Counted from the first letter of the stretch, positions 1 through 13,996 are shown. The stretch: DNA of 64,000 nt from Octopus bimaculoides (GCF_001194135.2 NC_068998.1:34226980-34290979); one strand, 5' to 3'. Program-made: numbers and translations. The notes: generated by a model not told the origin, from the sequence alone.

Positions 1-651
1 ACAATCTTATTTTTCTCTTCTATTCCTAATTTGTGTAGTTGGTGGTATTGTAAGCAATCAATATTATTCTACAGAGTTATAGTGGTGCCATCGGGCAAGG
101 ATACAAGAATTCAAAGAAGCTAAGACTTTCATGCACTTTCTATATCAGATTGAAGCTATTTCACTTCATGTAAACTATCAATGATGATGGGAGAAGATAT
201 GGAAGTAACTTTTCTATTTCTCTTTTCTTAAAACACAAGATTCTTCCTTTGCCAAGTGAACATGAAACAAATACTTTATATACTGTTTATGAATCAAACA
301 CTGAAATATATTCAAATAGTCTTAGTGGTATCTAAAAATTATTTTGTTTTTTTGCTCAAATCTCCTTTTCCATATTTCACAGTTTGAAAGTTTTCACTGA
401 AGGTCAAATATACCAGATCATGCATCTGAATCAAAGAATGTGCAAGATACATGCACAAACACTGTGCACATATATGTACATACACATACACAGACTGATA
501 TGTAAAAGCAGATAAATAAACACATGCAGATATCCCACAGCAAGATACACAATTCCATTATGCAATTGTAATGTGGATGCTTAGAAAGATTTTCTTGACA
601 AAAAGATAATGCAATTTTATATTTATTTATTTCTTATTTTTGACATGCTAG

Positions 652-725
652 ATCCTGCCATTGCTAAACAGAAACTTGTCAAACAATTAAATGATACAAG
701 TTATGTTGAAAGCAAAACTGGATTG
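652..725 (+). CDS. Candidate internal exon of an unidentified gene: (D)PAIAKQKLVKQLNDTSYVESKTGL
   Basis: T-rich tract ending in TAG acceptor, TTG|GTATGT donor, only one frame open (phase 1 to 0). No homolog recognised. Confidence 0.4.
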
Positions 726-3700
726 GTATGTTTTTATTTCAATCTGTTTTTATTTCTCAACTTTTATCTCTTTTTGTTGATGTAAAAAAAGCCAACAATA
801 AAAAAATATTAGAAAGTATTTTATCACTTTAGTTGAAACCTATTATTTTCTTAACAATATATGAAAAATATTGAAGCTGTTGCTATCATGGAATAATGTC
901 TTTATTTAAGAAACAATTTGGGATGGGATATTTTTTATATTGTTATATATTTTATATTTACAAATTTATATGTATACATTTTATTATTTTGCACTATCTT
1001 GGGTTTGCATGGCACTATTAGTATGTGCACACATATACACTAATACATATGCATATGCATATGCGTATGTGTGTGTGTGTGCAAATATATATATATATAC
1101 ATATAATACACATATGTATATGCATATGTGTGTGTGTGTATAACAATACACACATATACACATATACATACACACACACATGTATATATATGTATATGTG
1201 CATATATATATGTGTGTGTGTGAGTGTAGATAGATAGATGTGCATGCATACACATCTATATAAATCAATGTATACACATATGTGCTTGTAAAAAAATGTC
1301 TTTCATGGTGGATTGCATACAGCAGTTTCAATTTCCTAATGGATTTCAGTGCCTTCCCATATCGACTATAAACATAAGCACAACCATTTTTCTACTACCA
1401 TTACCATCAACATCACCATAAACGCTATCATCATTTTCTTTCCAGTTCCTCAAACAACATTTTAATATGCAACACTACCACTACACCTGCACCAACCAAC
1501 TACCACTGTCATCATTGATTGTAAATCAATGCCACAATTGCACTATTATCATCATAGTTCCACTGAAGGTACTACAGTCATCATCACAACCATAATCATC
1601 ATCACTTATAACTACTAGCAAACACTAAAATTATCACCCTTTCTTGCTGCAACTCATTGCATGGTCATTAATCCTGCTAGAAACAATGACTTTATTTCTC
1701 TGAGCTTCACTCCACTTTTTTTGAAAATGGGAAGGACAAATGTATGCTAGATACTGTAAGTTACCTAAAATGATAATGGGACGTTCCTAGCAGGGAAGTC
1801 TCTGATCATGCATTTAGTGAATCGATATGACTTAGGTTTAAACAACCACCACCAAAACAACTGTGATTCTTGTCACTATCACTTCTACCATAGCAAACAC
1901 TGTTCCTTCTAAAATAATAAACATTGCCTTCATTAAGTATTACCTACCCCTCCCACCACATACACACACACACACTCACCACAGCAACTGTTACTATCAC
2001 CACTGTACCATTACCAGAACCGTTCTCATAAAAAATAAAACATACTAGATCAAAGTTCAATTATAGGTTAGTGGATTTAAAAGAGAATATTGATTTTTAA
2101 CATTGGCACACATCTACAAAGTTTAGAACTACTAGGTAGGGTAGGATTAATCGATGAAAACTGGACCCAGCACCTTCTTTATTGACCTCAGTAAGGTTGA
2201 ACTATAAATATTACAGAGCATTTTGATTGGTAGTGTACTAATTTTTTTCAGCTACTGCAGCACTTAAAAAAGAAAATATGAATATATTAAAGGATAAATG
2301 TTACCTAATGTTAAAATATGACAGCTAATACCTCTTGCTTGCAGCATTGACTTTCTATTCCAGCATGGAACAGAAAATTCTCTTACTTTTGCACTATCTG
2401 TGGCCTAACTATGGTTAAAAGGAGGAAGAGGAATTAATATATTATTAACAGGAATATGGGTTAAACAAACTCAAATCCTCATTTTCAGCTACATGTAAAT
2501 ATACAAGAAATAAGATAATAAAATATATAATGTCAAATAAAATAAAACTATTAAAAAAGTTAAAAAATGAAAAGAAAAGAAATAATAAAAAGTCAATTAA
2601 TCTACTTAATGTCAATGATTGTGTGTCTTTGAGATAAATACAAACAAAATATTGAGAAATATTTTCGATTTACTCTTATCAATTTTACAAAACTTAAATA
2701 ATGCATAATGAACTAATTAACACTAAAACCAATCAACAGATTTACCAAACCCAAGAGAAATCATCGATAATTATTTATATATTAGTCATAAGGACAAGGA
2801 AGAGATAATAATACGTCACAAAGCCATATATTTTAAAATAAAATGAATCAAGCAAAATTAATTGAGGTATACATAACTGTATGATTTCTAACATTAGTAC
2901 TCTGCAGCTATGCATATTGGAGATGGAGGGACTATAATCGATTGTAGGTGCACCAATATACAGGTAGATCTGTATCATTTTATGGACTCAGTCAGATAAA
3001 AACCAAAGTCAACATCCAAGACTATTTGATGTTTACTTTGCTTCTCATCCAAAGCAAAGATGAATGAGAAAAGAGATAGTTTAACTCTACAAGTCATTAT
3101 TTACTTTAGTGGTCAATGGTTTCTGCTTGCCCACCAATTTGGTTTACATAAATAAATATATATTTATAATGTAGAAATATTAAAATAATATATGATTGTT
3201 GTATGTTCTATGGTCAACAGAACAAATGTATAACATAGAGTAGTTAGTAAAGTCTTGTCAGAGTCAACTTCCGTAATGCACAATATATTGCATCCAGGTA
3301 ACACTGTAAAAGGGTTTGTAATAGGAAGGGTATTTTAGTGCAAAAACCATATCAAAAAGAAATTAATTAACTGTGATGATATTGGGTGCAGAAGACCATC
3401 TAGTTTTGTTAACAGGGCAATTAAAATTAATAGTAAAGTTTAATCCTAGCCGAGGAGCAGAGCCACTGGCCAGAAAGATCCAAGGGCTAAGAACTCCATG
3501 CCACTAAAATAATTCAAATCTTGTAGGAATTTTAGCAATATATCAAGTCTTAATATAGCTAGGCTATGATTTAAAGAGGCTGATTTTCTTTGTAAAGTTT
3601 GCTGGAGAAGAAAGAGAAAATATAAACATCTGTTCACTTAACTGGATAATTCATTGAGATTTAGATACATTATCTAGAATCACTGTAATAGGTTCAGTAA

Positions 3701-5163
3701 TACAAAATTTAGAGTTCTCATAATTAAACAAAAACACACTTTGCATTCCATTTTCGAAAACAAAGGTTTTTATTATTTCAGTGAAAGATAGCTAGATTGA
3801 TATTTCCTATAACATTTGCTTCTCAAGAAGCTTTTGAAATGTTTTATCTTGCTGAAGGATTTCTCAGTATAACTGACAATGATGCAGAATATTTGCAACA
3901 TTAAACATACGTTTGAAAAATGTCATTTGAATTGTAAATTTTTATTGCATTTAAAAATTCATGTGGGCTCACCAAAATTTGATGCATGTATTGTTTTAAG
4001 GTACTGCATTTTTTGCTGCATGAATTCTACATGCATAATTGAATTCTTCTTTCACTATTCATGGATATCATCACAAAGCAACCTATTAATTGCGCTTGTA
4101 ATTTCAAACCACTTTGACATCCTGAAAAAGGTTCATAAGAGCCATTATGAAGAACTTTCCTCTTGTCCATCATAGTCCTCAGAGATCTTAAGTCTTACTC
4201 TTTTGTTAACTTACCCATGTGATAGGAATGAGATTAATTTTGATTTCCTCAGCAACCAATTTTACTTTATTTAAAATTTGTGACTATTTACCAGATTGAC
4301 CACCTTTAAGTTCATTGAAAAGTAACTCTAGATTTGAGACCCCTACATTTGTTGTAGCATCTCTTACTTAGGTGAGATGATTTCCACTGTTGACCTGTAT
4401 AAGAACGTTAGGCCACATCAGTAGCATAAGAATGCAAATGATGGATATGTTTCATTACACAATTGACTCCATTACAGGTCTTGGCAAGTGATTGAGAGAT
4501 AGAAGTTTGTTTAATGCAAGTCACATTCCAGTAAGATGAGCAGGAAATAATCTCAAACCTGCACCTCTGTCTGTTCATTGAGTACCTGACAAAGCATGGA
4601 TAGATTCATTTGGATTCTCCTTAGGAATAATCCCAAATTATAAACTGGTTGTGCAATTCCAATAAATTTCTGTTTGTCTCAATTTGATCGAAATCTATTA
4701 TCAACAATTAAGATGAATCACAAATCAATAAAAGATGCAAATAAATCATTCACAAAATTCAGTGAGGTTAAGTTTAAAGTTTTATTGTTTTAGCTGCACT
4801 TACTTTAAATTAAAACTTTAATAAAAAGAATACTTTAATATTAATACAGTTAACACATTACTGAGAGTAAGATATTGATAAATGAATGCAATAAGATACT
4901 GCACTATTTAGTAAAAAACAACTCATTCTCCTGAAGCAAAGCTTGAATTTGTTTCTTAGCCTAATATGGTTATTATACTGTGTATAAGTGGCATAATACA
5001 CCAAGCTGATCAAACATTGACTTTTGAACACTGTAGGCCATTTCCAATGTTTAAAAGCCAATTATCTATCTATCTCTCTATCTCTATCTATCCATCAACA
5101 CACACACACACTCACACACGTGTGTGTGCATGTGTTTGTGTGTGTACATACATACATACATAT

Positions 5164-5211
<48 letters not shown>

Positions 5212-5812
5212 ATGTTCATGAATAATTAAGAACAAATCATTGATTAATCAATTACATTTGTTTGCATTGAACACTTAACACAGCAGTTGGTAGTATTGAC
5301 TGATAGTATTAAATACATTTACTTTAAAACTAGTTACATAACTAGTGATGTTGCCAGTGATGTTTACTTTTTATGACTAGTGTAAGCAGGGGTCTCTGCT
5401 TTTGGCTAATCATGTGGTTGATCATGTTGTCAGTGTCAGGGTACATAGAAAGGCATGTACATAGAAAAATTGCCTGGGAGGCCCATGAAAATAGATGGCC
5501 CTTTCTATCTATGCTGTAGTTGTACATGTAGGGGCCTCCAGTACATGGCTTTACTTTGGATACTATAATGGTGTTAATTTCAATAACAAGCCTTACATGT
5601 TATTGATGATCATCATCATTCTTTATGAGAGGAATCAGCGTTTGAGTTTGTTAAAGAATCAACCATGGGGTTAGTACAGCCAATTCTGTCTGCCTGTTTA
5701 GAAATGCGTACTTTTGTGTACAAATTTATACACGTATGGCAGTGAGAAACAATTTTCTATACAATGAGTGGGAACATGGAAATACTACAGTTATTTTTTT
5801 TTTTGTTTTGAG

Positions 5813-5832
5813 ATGCCTCGACATGAGTCCAA
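5813..5832 (+). CDS. Candidate 20-nt micro-exon (MPRHES or CLDMSP frame)
   Basis: Poly-T tract with GAG acceptor and CAA|GTAAGA donor. Too short to assess coding potential. Confidence 0.2.
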
Positions 5833-6249
5833 GTAAGAGAAATCAACACTAATCTAATATTACCTAATACTTTAATTTCAATTTTTATAGACCCTTGGCC
5901 ATGCAGAAGCCCTAAAGCACTTGCTTCTGTTGTTCTTGTTTCAGTTTTGATGCTTGTTGGCAACAATCTTTCTGGTACTGATGGCATGATAAATGCCTCC
6001 CATCCAGTCTATGCTGTGAAGTGGTTGGTGGTAGGAAGAGTATCCAGCCACACACACACACAAAAAACAAAAAATGCCAAAAAACATGATATACATAATG
6101 AACATGGCCAGTTTCCTCAAAATGCAAGACAGTCTATTGTGCTTTCATAGGTTTTTATGTAAATTTATTGTTATATATTTCAGTTATCATATGATAATCG
6201 GTAAAAATGTGAGTTTATGGCAGGACACAAGAGTTGTAGTTTGCACATT

Positions 6250-7020
6250 ATTTCACTATAGATATTTTCTTTCTTCACAACTTCAAGACTGGACATTCAC
6301 ATCTACTGAGCAATTGATCTCTACAAAAGTTCATGATTCTTGCACCTTATTTCAGACAACTCTGTCATGTCTGTTGTGCTTACATCATCTAACTATTTTT
6401 ATTGTAATGTCCTACAAGTATTTCTTATTTTCAAAGATATGGATTTTTTCTTTGTTTTTGGACATAAATGACTTCATCCAATTCCATGCCATTTATTTCC
6501 TTCTATTCTGGTTTAAAAAATTTTTTGCATTTGTTCTTCTCTAGTTCCTTTATATATTCAGTTAAATCGATCATTTCTACTTTATATAGATTTCCAACAG
6601 CTTTCAACTTATTCTGTTACTAAGACTGGGTTCTATACATTAAAGCTACAGTAGAATGATTTAGGATCTTTGGCAAAGAGTATGTAACTTATCTCTAGTA
6701 TCATTTTTCTATTAATAGATATGACAAAATCCTTTTGATTTCTTACTATATTCCATTCCTTGTTAACCATATGTAATGTCAAATCAAATTACTAATATCT
6801 TTTTTAGTCATAATGACACCAGACAGGATATTGAGGATTCTGGCAGTTTGGTAATACGTGTATAAAAACATAATGAGTAATTCTTTGGGCAATGAGATTG
6901 TAAAAGGATTCAGATTTAGTGCAAGACTGTTCATTTCTATCATATTCCCTGTTTGACAGTCTGGTCTGGTGATTGTTGTATGAGAAAATTTTGAGAAATT
7001 CTTTGAGCATCTGGAATTGC
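6250..7020 (-). mobile_element. Old R4/Dong-like RLE non-LTR retrotransposon fragment (pre-RT region)
   Basis: Broken minus-strand translation ...LFAKDPKSFYCSFNV*NPVLVTE*VESCWKS resembles the F-x-x-x-P-K-x-F-Y...V-E-x-F-W-x-x-I-W region upstream of R4-clade RTs. Many stops. Confidence 0.45.
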
Positions 7021-7172
7021 AAAATACAGATTAGGACTCTTGTCTGAGTACAATATTGTTTACCTCTATTAAACTGAAAAATTTAGTCCAATGGATCAGC
7101 TTACATTTAATAATATGTTTTGCCTGTTTGTTTAAGGCTGATATTTCATTGATAATTCAGTCTCTACCTTAA

Positions 7173-7380
7173 CCCTGTAGCATTCAGGTTACTCTGTCTA
7201 AAGTAATGCTTATTTATTCACATTGTTTTGAATCTTCTTGTAACTTCAAGATTTCATTTATGTGATTATTATTTTTAGAATGACATGACAGGGTAGGTGT
7301 GAGAGGCTGGATATAATCTGTGTAAACATAAAATAAGGTGGATATGAGGGCTGAACATGGCCAGTTTAAATACTAAAAGG
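7173..7380. mobile_element. piggyBac-type MITE
   Basis: TTAA on both sides (7169-7172, 7381-7384). Imperfect TIRs CCCTGTAGCATT / AATACTAAAAGG. A second, truncated copy lies at 63150. Confidence 0.75.
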
Positions 7381-8299
7381 TTAATCATATGGTTGTCTAT
7401 ATACTTTTTCTCATAATTCTTTAAGACGGAAACTTCCACTTTATACTCTGGTTATAGTTAAAATTTGAACAATTGAGACTTATACTTTTAGAGATAAGAA
7501 TAATAGTTTACTGAGGACATGTCCACTTAAATCAGGGATGATATGTCTCAAGTTTAATCTTACCTGCATACTGAAGTGCAACTGCTTCATTTTATGGTCT
7601 GCTGCCTTCATATAAAATATACTTCTATATATCAAATTTGCTAAGTTTATGTATCTTTCTCTTTTAACTTTTTTAATTCTTCCAATAAAGAAGGCATTGG
7701 TTTCTATTACTGAAATAGAATCCTCTCATTAGAATTCTGATAGCAACAACAGTAAAAAGTAACATATTGAATTTTAGAAAATGTTTTATATTTTCTCTGT
7801 TCTGCTTTACAGCTTAAAAGTGAATAACATATATTAGTTTCTTTAGACAAGTCTAAAATCAGGTAATTATTTGAATATTTAGTAGCATAATGAAATGCAC
7901 CAATTATTATGGGTATTAATCTGGAGAGAGAAGTTGTTGATTTTGAAGTAAGTTACTATACATGTTCTCTTTCTCACCATCTTTAAGGAAATGTTCATGG
8001 TCCCTGGGGAAAAAAATAAACAGTGACTATGTACTGGTGTGTACAATGTATATATATTTGTATAACTATAAATATTTTTTGTGCTAATATATATTAATAC
8101 ATTCAGTCCTAGAAACATATATTTATATTTGTCCCAGAGTAGTCATTTTTATGGTTAGTATTCCATGTTATCTTAGAAACAACATCAAATTATTTCGGAA
8201 AGTATATGACGATGGCATATTCAGGCAGTTAATGATTGTATTTGTTCTACCTGACACAAATGTGACATGCCTATTCTTATTGATTGACGGGCTTCACTG

Positions 8300-10300
8300 T
8301 CTTTTTTTGTCTAACACCAACAGGTAGCTATCTTTTCCTTTTAGAAATGTAACTACTGCAAGTCTAAGGTGGGTTATGTGTCCTGTAGCTATTGACATCA
8401 GTCTCAAATGTTTGAGAGACATACCCATACATAGCTTTTTGATGGCATATCAAAAAGTATTTCTCATGTTATTCCCTCCTGACTCAGACAATGCTGCTCA
8501 CTTCAAATATCTGCTTGATTTATCTAATACTGATGCTATGTGATATTCTAAAGCTATCTGAACAAATCATAAACCTTTTCCCGGTCTTTTCATCTGAGAC
8601 AGAACATGCCAGAGTCACAGCTTCAATGGAAGCTACTAGTTTGAGCCAGGAGCTTGAAAATTTTAATATCAAAGGAGCAGATCTATTCTATAGTTTAGTT
8701 ATGTATCCCAAATATTGGTTCTAGTGCTGAAAGTGAAAATGCATTGGATTTTCAACTTGTGAGAGGATAGCTCCAACTGCCCTATTTTTAACAGCAAAAT
8801 ATTGTTTGATCACCCTATCCTTGTTCACAGTGCAATTTTGTGATGCATTTCTATCAATATCTAGAAATTTTGTAGCATTCATGCAAAATAGAAAAGGGAA
8901 AGAGAGACCATTTATGCATATCATGAACATATCCTCCAGGCAAATTCCATGCTTATATCAGTTGAAATTAAACCCAACTATTTCTCAGCATTGTAAATAT
9001 TCCTTAGATTTTATCATCACCAACAAAGGAGTTAAGAGTTATTTTAGAGTTTCTTCTTGTTGTATATTCTAACACACAAGCACTGAATTTTTGTAAAGAA
9101 ATCTATAGTGAAGCCAAAAGCATATTGAATCAAAAGATAACTGCCTCTTTGGAATGTTTCCTTCTATGGGTATCTTCAAATATACACAAGTGGCGTTTCA
9201 ATAATTTGCACCAATATTTAACAATTAAGTCATTCCCTTGTGTCTTTTCATTGAGCAGCTCTTCCACAGCTTTTGTTAATGTTTCTGAATCAATAATGTA
9301 TGCTTTATAGCTGATATTGATACAATATCTCTTACTGTTTAAATCCAGATGTTATTCATTATAGCAGAAATGCTTCCTATTAGTCCAGATGTTAGATCAA
9401 AATTATTTAAAATCTTCCTTAGAAGGGGACTCTTTTTACAACTTGTTTTCTTTCAATCTTCAGTGTACAGTTTCTAGATTAGAGGTATGATTTTGGGCAC
9501 TGGAGAACCATTGATATATTAACATTTAATTGCAAAGTGTTTCACACAAAGTAGGTATTTGAGACTATGCTCTAAAATTATTGATTTCGACCTTACAAAT
9601 TTTAGAATAAAAAATCTGTACACCTTAATTATATTCTCCTTATAATGTAGTTAGTGTGTGATCAACTTATTGCTTACCTTATATCCTATGATATGGTAAT
9701 ACCTAAATATTCAATTTGGCGGTGCAGATTTGTATCCCACTGAGTGATTTACATTATTTCATTTTCCCACATATGCTACTTTAATGTTATAGCAGCTGTT
9801 TCGGACAGGTATTGATTGTCCAGTATATGTTATCATATGTTTTCATTTTATCATTAACAATGTGGTCGATAACTTTTAACAAGAGAGCAGTTGATTCCTT
9901 TCCAACAGTCATCTCTTTGGATTGATTTATGCAGAAGTACATGTACCATGTGATGGTGAGGAATTTAGCATTTGGCTTTCATTTTATGGTTCTCTTCTAC
10001 TGCAGATTTTTGCTGGATTTGGGTGTCTTTAGAAAATCAGCTGGTATTACAGATGTTGGAATAACAATTGCTTTCTGTCACAGATATTTTCCATTGAAAC
10101 ATGCCTCATATCGAAGTTGTTTAGTTGTAAAGTAGTTTAAGATTTGATGGATTTTTCCCCACTAATACTTTAACTTTTCCATATGTCCAATAGGAAGATT
10201 TTGAAAGTTTTTCTTTTGGTACTTGAATAGATCTTGATTTAAATGTAAAGAACCAGTGAAAAGGACTAATGTCTGTATTAATACCTTTATTAGCCTCAGT
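8300..10300 (-). mobile_element. Degenerate I-group-like LINE relic with RNase H remnant
   Basis: Minus strand near 8540-8640 reads SIEAVTLACSVSDEKTGKRFMICSDSF, matching the ICSDS motif of LINE RNase H. The rest is highly decayed and the extent is uncertain. Confidence 0.5.
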
Positions 10301-10551
10301 CATGACAATCAAAAGATATTCTATGTGATGAAATGAAAAGTAGTTTCACTATCGAAGTCTAAATAACAATCAGCTGTTTAGTCAAAGGTATTATGATATT
10401 TCTCATATATATATATAACCGAATAGATCAGGTACAGATCAAGTCTAACAAATCAAGTCAGTATAATTGTGATGGAAAATATTAAACCAAACAATATGAA
10501 GAAGTCTTTTACACTTATGCATCTGTTGCTGACAGCATCATATTAGATATG

Positions 10552-10695
10552 ATTTGCTTCTCAACCACATAGTTCCTGGTTCAGTCCCACTGCATGGCAC
10601 CTTGGGCAGCTATCTTCTACTATAGCCTCAGACCAACTAAAGCCTTGTGAGTGGATTTATTAAATGGAAACTAAATGAAGCCCTTTGTGTGTGTG

Positions 10696-10737
<42 letters not shown>

Positions 10738-11232
10738 TGTGTGTCTTCATATCTGTGCTTGACCCCACCATTGCTTGACAACTGATGTTGGTGTATATAC
10801 ATGTCCATAACTTAGCAGTTCAGCAAAAGAGGCTGATAGAATAAGTACCAGGCCAAAAATAAAATAAGTACTGGGCTCAATTAAATAATAAAAATAAATG
10901 CGCCCTTTTAAAGCCTAGCCAGGCCCATGGGCCTGGTTTCCCGGTCTCTATGGCGTATGTGTTCCCCAGCTGGACGGGACGCCAGTCCATCACAGCGTTA
11001 CTCATTTTTGCCAGCTGAGTGGACTGGAGCAATGTGAAATGAAGTGTTATGCTCAAGAACACAACGTGTCGCCCGGTCCAGGAATTGAAACCACAATCTT
11101 ACGATCATGATGCTGACACCCTAACCACGAAGCCACACGCCTCCACTCTGGGCTCAATTAGTTCAACTAAATTTCCTTAAGGCAGTGCCCTAGTATGACC
11201 ACAGTCTAATCATTGAAACGAAAGATAAAAGA
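10552..11232 (+). mobile_element. tRNA-derived CORE-type SINE with internal (TG/TA)n, interrupted by a younger SINE
   Basis: GGTTCAGTCCC B-box-like motif, CCTTGGGCA CORE-like segment, conserved 3' half. The same family recurs at about 21885, 28860, 37660, 39705, 40155, 51350, 56760 and 57420. Confidence 0.8.
10884..11147 (-). mobile_element. Young tRNA-derived SINE with V-domain-like core and perfect 13-bp TSD
   Basis: TSD CTGGGCTCAATTA at 10871-10883 and 11148-11160. Minus strand has A box TGGCTTCGTGG, B box GGTTTCAATTCC, CTGTGATGGACTGGCGTCCCGTCCAG (V-SINE-like) and a (TTTA/TTA) tail. Confidence 0.85.
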
Positions 11233-11689
11233 TATGCATGTGCATGCATACAGGCATAATATCCACACACACTTATGCACATGCACATACACATATCAAT
11301 ATGTGTATGTGTGTACATGTGTGTGTGGGGGGTGTTTTCATGTATATGTATGTAGGAACAGGTTTCACTGTGTATTAATAAGTTTTCTTTGCAACTACAA
11401 TTTCCCAGGTTCTATCACACTGAGTTACTTTCATGTCATGTGGGTGAAATAGGGCAGAGAGGAAACTGTTGGCTGAAGTTCCTCTGTAATTTAAATGGCC
11501 AGCATTATTACACTGATATCTCATTGATTCTTCTTGAGAATTACATAAAAGGTACACATGACTGTAGAATACTCAGCCACTTTAAACATTCATTCAATGT
11601 ATTGACTGTTCACTTCACCAAAGCAACAGGATGCTCATTTGTTGAAATTAATGGAAAGACTCATCCACCACAACAGAATTGATACTGTT

Positions 11690-11905
11690 GCTGGTGCCAC
11701 ATGAAAATCACCGGTGCTGGTGCCACATAAAGACACCCATTACACTCTGTGAAGTGGTTGGCATTAGGAAAGGAATCCAACTATAGAAACCATGCTAGAC
11801 CAGACAACAGAGCCTGGTGAGGGCCCTGACCTTACCAGCTCTGGTCAAACCATCCAACCCATGTCACCATGGACAACAGACATTAGATGATGATGACGAT
11901 GATAT
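11690..11905 (+). mobile_element. RTE-type 3' UTR/tail fragment ending in (GAT)n
   Basis: CCAACCCATG...GACATTAGATGATGATG tail shared with the RTE copy at 26099-26975. Confidence 0.7.
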
Positions 11906-11934
11906 ATCAAGTTCAGGTATGGCTATATAGTATA

Positions 11935-12330
11935 AGCCCCAAGGAAAATCTAAGCTAAGAGCATTAGATTCCTTGGAAGAAAGCAACGAATTTATACAAA
12001 AACAAGGCTGGAAAAAAATGGAGAATGTTACACAAATACAAATAACAGGAGACGTATACACATATATATACATATATATATGTGTGTGTGTGTGTATATG
12101 TATATATATANNNNNNNNNNNNNNNNNNNNNNNNNNNNNNNNNNNNNNNNNNNNNNNNNNNNNNNNNNNNNTTATATTTTTTTCTCCTTGTTTCTCTCAT
12201 TTCTTTCTGTGTTCATTTCAGTTGAAGGGCGTAGCTCGAAACGTCAAAGACTTTCTCTATTCCCGAGCGTTAAACTAATACATCCATTTGTTGTTTACAC
12301 CACTTGTCTTCGTCTGTTGTTTTTTTCGTA
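11935..12330. mobile_element. Penelope-like terminal repeat remnants flanking a gap
   Basis: 11935-12050 is the reverse complement of part of 28520-28630. 12222-12245 carries a GAAG..CTCGAAACGTC motif typical of Penelope pLTRs. Confidence 0.5.
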
Positions 12331-12344
12331 AATTCTCCCATATA

Positions 12345-12384
12345 TATATGTATAGATAGCTAGTTAGATAGATAGATAGCTAGT

Positions 12385-12460
<76 letters not shown>
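12345..12460. repeat. (TAGA)n/(TACA)n microsatellite
   Basis: Direct reading of the sequence. Confidence 0.95.
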
Positions 12461-12462
<2 letters not shown>

Positions 12463-13941
12463 CAGATACATGTATAAATCCTCATATATATTTAAATATT
12501 GGGTATGTTCCTAGTAGTATGCTGATAAAGCATGTTTACTGTTTATGGCTACCCAACGTCATCCACAGTAATTACACAACTGTCACTGGATCTACCTCAC
12601 AAATCCTGTATATGTTGAGCATAAAACAAATGATAGGCTCCCAAACTGACGATGCAATGCCTGCTTCACAGTAGGATGCATAAATACCTGGACAATTTAA
12701 TGGCATCTACTTAACTGCTCATATAAGCCAGTGTGTGCGTGTACAAAGGATCCAAATGTATGTGTGTATATGTGTGCAAAGGGCTGAAAGTGTGGATATG
12801 GAAGTCATTATGTCTGAGTGCCAACACACCTAATGTTTTACTAAATTGCATGCTTTATTCTCATTATTATTTTAATTTTTTTAATTTTTATTAATTATTG
12901 TCTGTATCTATCACTTTGCAACAGAATCTGTCCCTCATCATGCCTGTCCAACAGCCTTAGCCTATGGACACTGACAACATGCTGTATTAAATCTGAGTGA
13001 AACAGAGGTTATTTAATGAGATACTTCTTATTACATCACCTGGCAAGACACTTCTGCATCAAGGGATGCACCACAACTAGTTGTGTAGTTTCCCACCTGC
13101 AAGGGATCAATGCAGAATGTGTCAAAACAATTATTGTGAGCAATAAAGTTTCCTCTGTATTCCATTTCCCATCTCTATTGTTTGTTTTCTACATATATTT
13201 ATATATGGCACTAGGAAAGACATCTAACAGTAGAAATCATATCAAAGCTGATATTGGAACTTAATGCAGTTCTGTGGCCCATCAGATCCCATCACACTGT
13301 CCAACCCATCCTAGCATGGAAAACGGAAGTTAAATGATGATGATGATGATGGTGTGTGTCTGTGTGAGTGTTTACTAGTGTGAATGTGCTGCCTTATGTT
13401 TTCTATGTGACTGTTTTCTAAGTAGTTGTCTTCCACTTTTAAGGTAATAAGATGTGTGATTTGAGGGTAATTTACTGATTACTTCAAGCTTGAATAGGCT
13501 TATGATGAAAGTCTTCCAAACATAGGCATTTGTTATATTTTATATAAAAAAATTACATTCTAGAGAAAATATCCTGCATTTTGAAGATAGTAAGATGAGT
13601 GTTGACGAGCTTCAGCTGCTATTATTTGGAGCTGGAGTTCCTTAGTAGATTTTGCCTTTTGAAATTATTGTTTGTTCAGCTTATCGTTCGGACTTGTGAT
13701 AAGAGGTGTTCAAACCATGACCATTCTGTCTCTCTTGCATATCAGGAAACATACTGATCGATATGTTCTTCCCTTTTTGAGACCATATGACTTGTGATCT
13801 GAGAGAAATTTGAATGACCTCTCAGGGATTTTCATGTTTTATAACATTTTTAGTTGTTGTCTAGTCTCAGGCCATCTTAGATAGAGGAGCAGATTTAAGA
13901 ACAAAAGGTTCTTGTCATGCCCATTTCATCCCCTTTTCCAG

Positions 13942-13996
13942 ACACAGTGAATAGTGCACCAAAAAGAACATTATTCATTGTATCCTTTTCAAAGAG
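13942..13996 (+). CDS. Candidate exon (D)TVNSAPKRTLFIVSFSK
   Basis: CCCCTTTTCCAG acceptor, GAG|GTAGGA donor, only one frame open (phase 1 to 2). Confidence 0.3.

Noticed and set aside
940-1331. ORFs rich in Y/I/C/V/H/T (also at 18114-18778, 20648-20970, 29720-30002, 36328-36863, 53633-53904)
   Set aside because: They are translations of (CA)n/(TA)n microsatellites, not genes
3446-3637. Minus ORF with a good acceptor (QTLQRKSASLNHSLAILRLD...)
   Set aside because: There is no partner exon, donor or recognisable homology, so support is insufficient
6074-6544. 156-aa + strand ORF
   Set aside because: It is antisense to an R4-like relic and has low-complexity F/L/I composition
11085-11147. tRNA gene-like A/B boxes (also 35812, 39705)
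   Set aside because: These are SINE heads continuing into SINE bodies, with no complete cloverleaf
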